NCBI GenBank assembly: GCA_001787205.1
Contig: MFWB01000008.1
Coordinates: forward strand, 101,644 to 165,643
Length of the DNA: 64,000 bases
DNA from: Candidatus Nomurabacteria bacterium RIFOXYB1_FULL_39_16
GTDB taxonomy: Bacteria > Patescibacteriota > Minisyncoccia > Phycocordibacterales > UBA9973
Reading direction: 5' to 3'
The position numbers and the translations under genes are program-made. Under the pieces are notes generated by a model, which was not told where the DNA came from, did no database searches, and was given only the letters and a program-made list of their open reading frames with translations. This document shows, in pieces, positions 60,473 through 64,000 of this stretch (positions are counted from its first letter, which is position 1; every line of letters begins with the position of its first letter).

Positions 60473-60709
60473 CTACCAAATTGAATTTTCCAGCTCCTTT
60501 ATCCAAATGGAGGCCTCATCCTCCGAGACATAAGGAATTTGGTTTATATTTACCTCTCTGCCTTCTCCGTCCTCCATATTTTCGCAAAGAAGACGATAGA
60601 TAGTTCTTTTCTGATAGCTTGTTGCCATCCCTGGCTCGTCACTATCCTCTAGAAAGAAGCTACTCCTTTGCCGAGGTGCTTCAAAGGCAGATATTGTGTT
60701 TGTAATCAT
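60473..60709 (-). CDS. Hypothetical phage/MGE-type protein
   Basis: ATSYQKRTIYRL...SEDEASIWIKEL motif shared with the upstream gene. Confidence 0.65.
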   Translation of the reverse strand: MITNTISAFEAPRQRSSFFLEDSDEPGMATSYQKRTIYRLLCENMEDGEGREVNINQIPYVSEDEASIWIKELENSIW

Positions 60710-60730
60710 AATTTTAGATTAATTAATAAT

Positions 60731-61300
60731 TTACTTTACTGGCATTAATTTTTTGATTAGCTCAGAACAATCGAACTTCGACAAGTACGGAGATGCTAAA
60801 GCAGACAAGTATTCTTCTTTATCTTCTTCGTCACATTTTTCCACTAGCTTAGATAAAAAATTGCGTTGTTTTTCTGTAGCTGTCTGTGGTAAATCTTCTG
60901 TATAGGATGCTTGGAAATCTCGACCTTCCGTATCTCTGTCTTCGGTATCTTTTTGATTAGGCATGATCGATAATGCATCAAGAATTTTGGTGGACCTCAC
61001 CATGGCATCTATCAAGCTAGAATTTTTTGCGAATAAAACGGTTCTTTCCACAAATTTATTTAACCTATTCAGGACCGCTGACCCGTAACCAATAGAAAGT
61101 AATTGATTTTCTTTACTAAGAGTAGTCTTGAATGCCACAAAACCAGGAATATTTTTAAATAATTTCATAGTTTCAAAATCTTGTTCTGTTACTATGGTTA
61201 AATTAAAACTTCCTGCATTCTTTGCAATCTCTTCTTGAATCGGATCTATTCTTTCTCTTGTTTTATAAGGAGAAGGAATATTGTTTTTATATGTGTTCAT
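60731..61300 (-). CDS. Hypothetical phage/MGE-type protein
   Basis: 189-aa ORF with C-terminal ATEKQRNFLSKL...SKFDCSELIKKL motif. Confidence 0.7.
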   Translation of the reverse strand: MNTYKNNIPSPYKTRERIDPIQEEIAKNAGSFNLTIVTEQDFETMKLFKNIPGFVAFKTTLSKENQLLSIGYGSAVLNRLNKFVERTVLFAKNSSLIDAMVRSTKILDALSIMPNQKDTEDRDTEGRDFQASYTEDLPQTATEKQRNFLSKLVEKCDEEDKEEYLSALASPYLSKFDCSELIKKLMPVK

Positions 61301-61309
61301 AATGTTTAA

Positions 61310-61486
61310 TTAGATTTTACTTATAATGATTTTGTCTTTTAAGTATTCGACACTTACCTTACTTGAAATATCAAACTTTGAAATATTTTTAAGATAGAAA
61401 TTAGCCAGCATTAGCTTTGGTGCGGTGGGTCTGATATTTCTTGTTCCATATCTATTTTGGTAAGATATTGTATTTATTTTTTTCAT
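61310..61486 (-). CDS. SymE-like / AbrB-fold small protein (58 aa)
   Basis: PKLMLANFYL...FDISSKVSVEYLKDKIIISK resembles the SymE pattern PxLxLxGxWL...F..G..V.V. Confidence 0.5.
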   Translation of the reverse strand: MKKINTISYQNRYGTRNIRPTAPKLMLANFYLKNISKFDISSKVSVEYLKDKIIISKI

Positions 61487-61487
61487 T

Positions 61488-61811
61488 TTATCTTTTAGCC
61501 AATTCAGTGACCTGGCGATAATGGAAGAGATAAACACTTTTAATACGCTTAACAATTTTTGTTGGATCTTTTTTGTCACGTGTTTCTAATACCACAAAAG
61601 AACGGATAGCTTTTTCACCTTTCTTTGGAATCATCCCGAATTTCATGATCCAGTTTTTTGCTGTGAGTGTTGATCTCAGTGGATCAAAATTTTTTAATTC
61701 TTGCCTACCCCAACGAGAAATAATTTCGCTCTCAACGATCGAGCGAGTTTTTTCGCTTCCCGAAAAATTGCTTATCTCAGGGCCTTCTAATATTTCTTTT
61801 ATTGATTTCAT
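61488..61811 (-). CDS. ArdC N-terminal-like ssDNA-binding protein
   Basis: LTAKNW...GMIPKKGEKAI...VYLFHYRQV resembles ArdC TxxQW..G..V.KGEK...VF...Q. Confidence 0.65.
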   Translation of the reverse strand: MKSIKEILEGPEISNFSGSEKTRSIVESEIISRWGRQELKNFDPLRSTLTAKNWIMKFGMIPKKGEKAIRSFVVLETRDKKDPTKIVKRIKSVYLFHYRQVTELAKR

Positions 61812-62275
61812 AACGTTAAATATAATTAGTTAATAATCATGACGACCAACATGTGTGAAGCGTTGTAGTTATTTATAATTCGCTTCACTTAAATAGTTTT
61901 TATTTGTTATTATTTATATTTAAATAAGGGGTATGGGGTGGTGGTCTTGAATTGTTGCAGTGAGGTATTCTGGATCCAAGGTGATACATCCATACAGGGT
62001 TCCGCGAGCCTAAAACTAGAAAGGTACACAATTGACCACATTGAGGTTACTGGTACGAGTAACCAATTTCAAGATGTTATTTTAAAAGGGTTATTCGGGA
62101 TCGTGTTTTGCGCAAAGGCACATAGGGGTTGTCTTGAATCAAATCTAATATATAAATTCAATGTGAGTAAAAAATTTCTAATTTTCCACAGCTTTTTTGG
62201 GTTGTATAATTAGCTCAATGAGTGCTATCATATATGTACAATCCTAAACCAGAAATGGCATGGTATATAAGAAAT

Positions 62276-62428
62276 CCCACGCGAGTAAAAACGGCTACAG
62301 AAGTCGCAACTACTCGCGTGGGTCTGTGCATCGAAAGGTGCATAGGATAGTCTCGAAAGAGATTATCGCGATCTTATGTAGCCTTTTTTGCTACCTCTTT
62401 GATTATATTATTAGTTAAAACCCACGCG
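62276..62428 (+). ncRNA. Candidate structured leader / cloverleaf RNA
   Basis: Two GAAA-tetraloop hairpins, a long closing stem, and three CCCACGCG/CGCGTGGG complementary boxes. Confidence 0.5.
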
Positions 62429-62433
62429 AAAAT

Positions 62434-63333
62434 ATGAAAAATAAAATAGTTTTAGTGTTCTTGTTTTCTTTGTTAGTTCCTGTAAGTTTTTCTTCTGCAT
62501 ATATTCCACTTCCAAGTTCTACTGATCTTGGTGGTGCATCAAATCCAATTAATATACAAATATTACCTGATCTAAATTCTCAAAAACGTCAAGAAAATTT
62601 ATTGCGTGAATCACAACTGAAAGCTCAATACGGATATTCTGTTTATTCATCATGTAAACCATCAGCTTGTGGTAACTATAATGCAATTGATCCATTTTCC
62701 GAATCATCTTGTTTATCTATGTTAGAAGCGTGGCTGGGTGGTGGTCGCTGTTTAGCACAACGACAAAAATCTAATGAAAACATTCAATGCGTTACTGGGT
62801 ACACAAAAGTTTTAAGTAATGGTTGGTATGTGTGTAGTCCAGTTGTTGCACCTACTGCACCTATAAAAACAAATGATCAAGTTTGTATTGATAAATTTGG
62901 AGCACATATTAAGTGGGACGGTACGAAAGACTCTGAGGGGTTACTCAATTGTGGATGTGAGTCTGGTTATCAAGCAAACAGTGATGGATCTGAGTGTGTT
63001 CTTGTTTCAAATGTTCCAGTAAAAACGAATGATCAAATATGCCAAGATAATTTTGGATTAAAAAGTAACTGGGACGGTACTAAAAATAATGCGGGTGGTT
63101 TAAGTTGTGGCTGTCAAAATGGTTATCAATTTAATCAAGGACAAACTCAATGTATTTCTATTCCTAAAGCAGAGACAAAGACAATAGCTCCTGTAATCAA
63201 AAAAGTTTTAGAAGTAAAAGAGAACACTACTATCAATAAGCCAGATCCTATAGATAAAGTGGTTGTCACCAATACGGAAGAAGTAAAACCTAAAAGCTTT
63301 TGGGCCAAGATTAAGAATTGGTTAGGCTTTTAA
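62434..63333 (+). CDS. Secreted cysteine-rich protein with two EGF-like repeats
   Basis: Signal peptide; repeat KTNDQxC..FG....WDGTK...GxLxCGCxxGYQxN....C occurs twice. Confidence 0.8.
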   Translation: MKNKIVLVFLFSLLVPVSFSSAYIPLPSSTDLGGASNPINIQILPDLNSQKRQENLLRESQLKAQYGYSVYSSCKPSACGNYNAIDPFSESSCLSMLEAWLGGGRCLAQRQKSNENIQCVTGYTKVLSNGWYVCSPVVAPTAPIKTNDQVCIDKFGAHIKWDGTKDSEGLLNCGCESGYQANSDGSECVLVSNVPVKTNDQICQDNFGLKSNWDGTKNNAGGLSCGCQNGYQFNQGQTQCISIPKAETKTIAPVIKKVLEVKENTTINKPDPIDKVVVTNTEEVKPKSFWAKIKNWLGF

Positions 63334-63337
63334 ATAT

Positions 63338-63487
63338 ATGAAAACAACAACGATAATCATAACCTTACTTATTATTTTAGTTATCTATTTAGGATTACGT
63401 ACACCAAAATATGTTAGTCCAGAAGAAAAAGCTACTTGTTTAAAAGAAACTGGAAATATATATTGTAATGGACCTATGGGAGATTAA
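63338..63487 (+). CDS. Small membrane-anchored protein (49 aa)
   Basis: MKTTTIIITLLIILVIYLGLRTP...CLKETGNIYC; starts 4 nt after the previous stop. Confidence 0.55.
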   Translation: MKTTTIIITLLIILVIYLGLRTPKYVSPEEKATCLKETGNIYCNGPMGD

Positions 63488-63515
63488 GAGTAAATAATAT
63501 GATAAAATATAATAA

Positions 63516-64000
63516 ATGAAAAAACTTTTTAACAAAATAAACAACTTATGGTTAAGCTTTAGGAAATGGAGTGACGTTAATATCTTTGGCTACCTAATTG
63601 GTGCCATAGTAAAACTTATATTAATAATTGCATTTGCAGTATTGTTATATTTAGCCTTTGAATCAATTTGGCCTAATAATGAAAAATCTTCTTTGAGCGA
63701 TTCTAGTAACGAACAAAATGATTGTAATGTTATAGGTATAAACCTCCATGGTGAACTCAAAACTTACTTACCTAATCATGCAGAAAATGATTCGTTTTTC
63801 AATTATGATTCTGTTTCTAGTGAAGATATAACAGGTAAGATTAAATTAGCCAATGAAGATTCAAACATAAAAGCTATTATTGTAGAAGTCGATAGTTTTG
63901 GTGGATCCATTGTTGGTGGAGAGGAAATTGATAATGCGGTAAAGAATAGTGACAAACCCGTAATAGCTCTTATACGAGATATAGGTGCCTCAGCATCACT
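63516..64000 (+). CDS. Signal peptide peptidase SppA (S49 family), truncated by the window edge
   Basis: TM then INLHGEL...NIKAIIVEVDSFGGS...KPVIALIRDIGASAS. Confidence 0.85.
   Translation, partial: MKKLFNKINNLWLSFRKWSDVNIFGYLIGAIVKLILIIAFAVLLYLAFESIWPNNEKSSLSDSSNEQNDCNVIGINLHGELKTYLPNHAENDSFFNYDSVSSEDITGKIKLANEDSNIKAIIVEVDSFGGSIVGGEEIDNAVKNSDKPVIALIRDIGASAS

Larger units (their letters stand above)
49201..64000. mobile_element. AT-rich genomic/defence island (right end beyond the window; left end approximate)
   Basis: Visible drop in GC, R-M-like operon, ArdC-like and phage-like small genes, gene fragments; no integrase in the window. Confidence 0.6.

Noticed and set aside
61938-62213. 91-aa plus-strand ORF
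   Set aside because: Weak GTG start, no motif, overlaps a structured segment; treated as non-coding
60217-64000. Intact prophage
   Set aside because: No terminase, portal, capsid, tail or integrase genes are visible in the window

Overview
This is a bacterial chromosome segment whose gene content and compact proteins (short PheS/PheT, 1055-aa RpoB, NusB-NUDIX fusion, stand-alone pilins, REP-type Y1 transposase) point to a Patescibacteria/CPR (Parcubacteria-like) genome; the taxon is inferred. Bases 1-49200 are mostly housekeeping: pheS, pheT, gyrB, thrS with a T-box, rpmF, nusB, rnc, an smc-like gene, rnr, rpsP, khpA, trmD, rpoB, rpoC, dnaG, rpoD, tsf, rpsB, proS, mreB, mreC, tgt, rnpB, tRNA-Thr and tRNA-Ala. 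Scattered among them are GC-rich orphan mini-gene islets, palindromic elements (two inserted in frame in genes), a Cas2/PaaX-like gene between twin palindromes, and a REP-flanked surface-protein/pilin cassette with a poly-G promoter. From about 49200 to the end is an AT-rich accessory island. It holds a five-gene defence-like operon (Z1 protein, SF2 helicase fused to a recognition-like domain, amino-MTase, m5C MTase, DUF3883 nuclease), an ArdC/SymE-like cluster and several structured non-coding regions. The most striking observation is a SAM-I riboswitch with a complete terminator/antiterminator platform that controls two orphan ORFs directly behind the methyltransferase/nuclease operon, which could act as a SAM-depletion alarm guarding restriction-modification. 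All family assignments come from motif recognition by eye; no searches were run.
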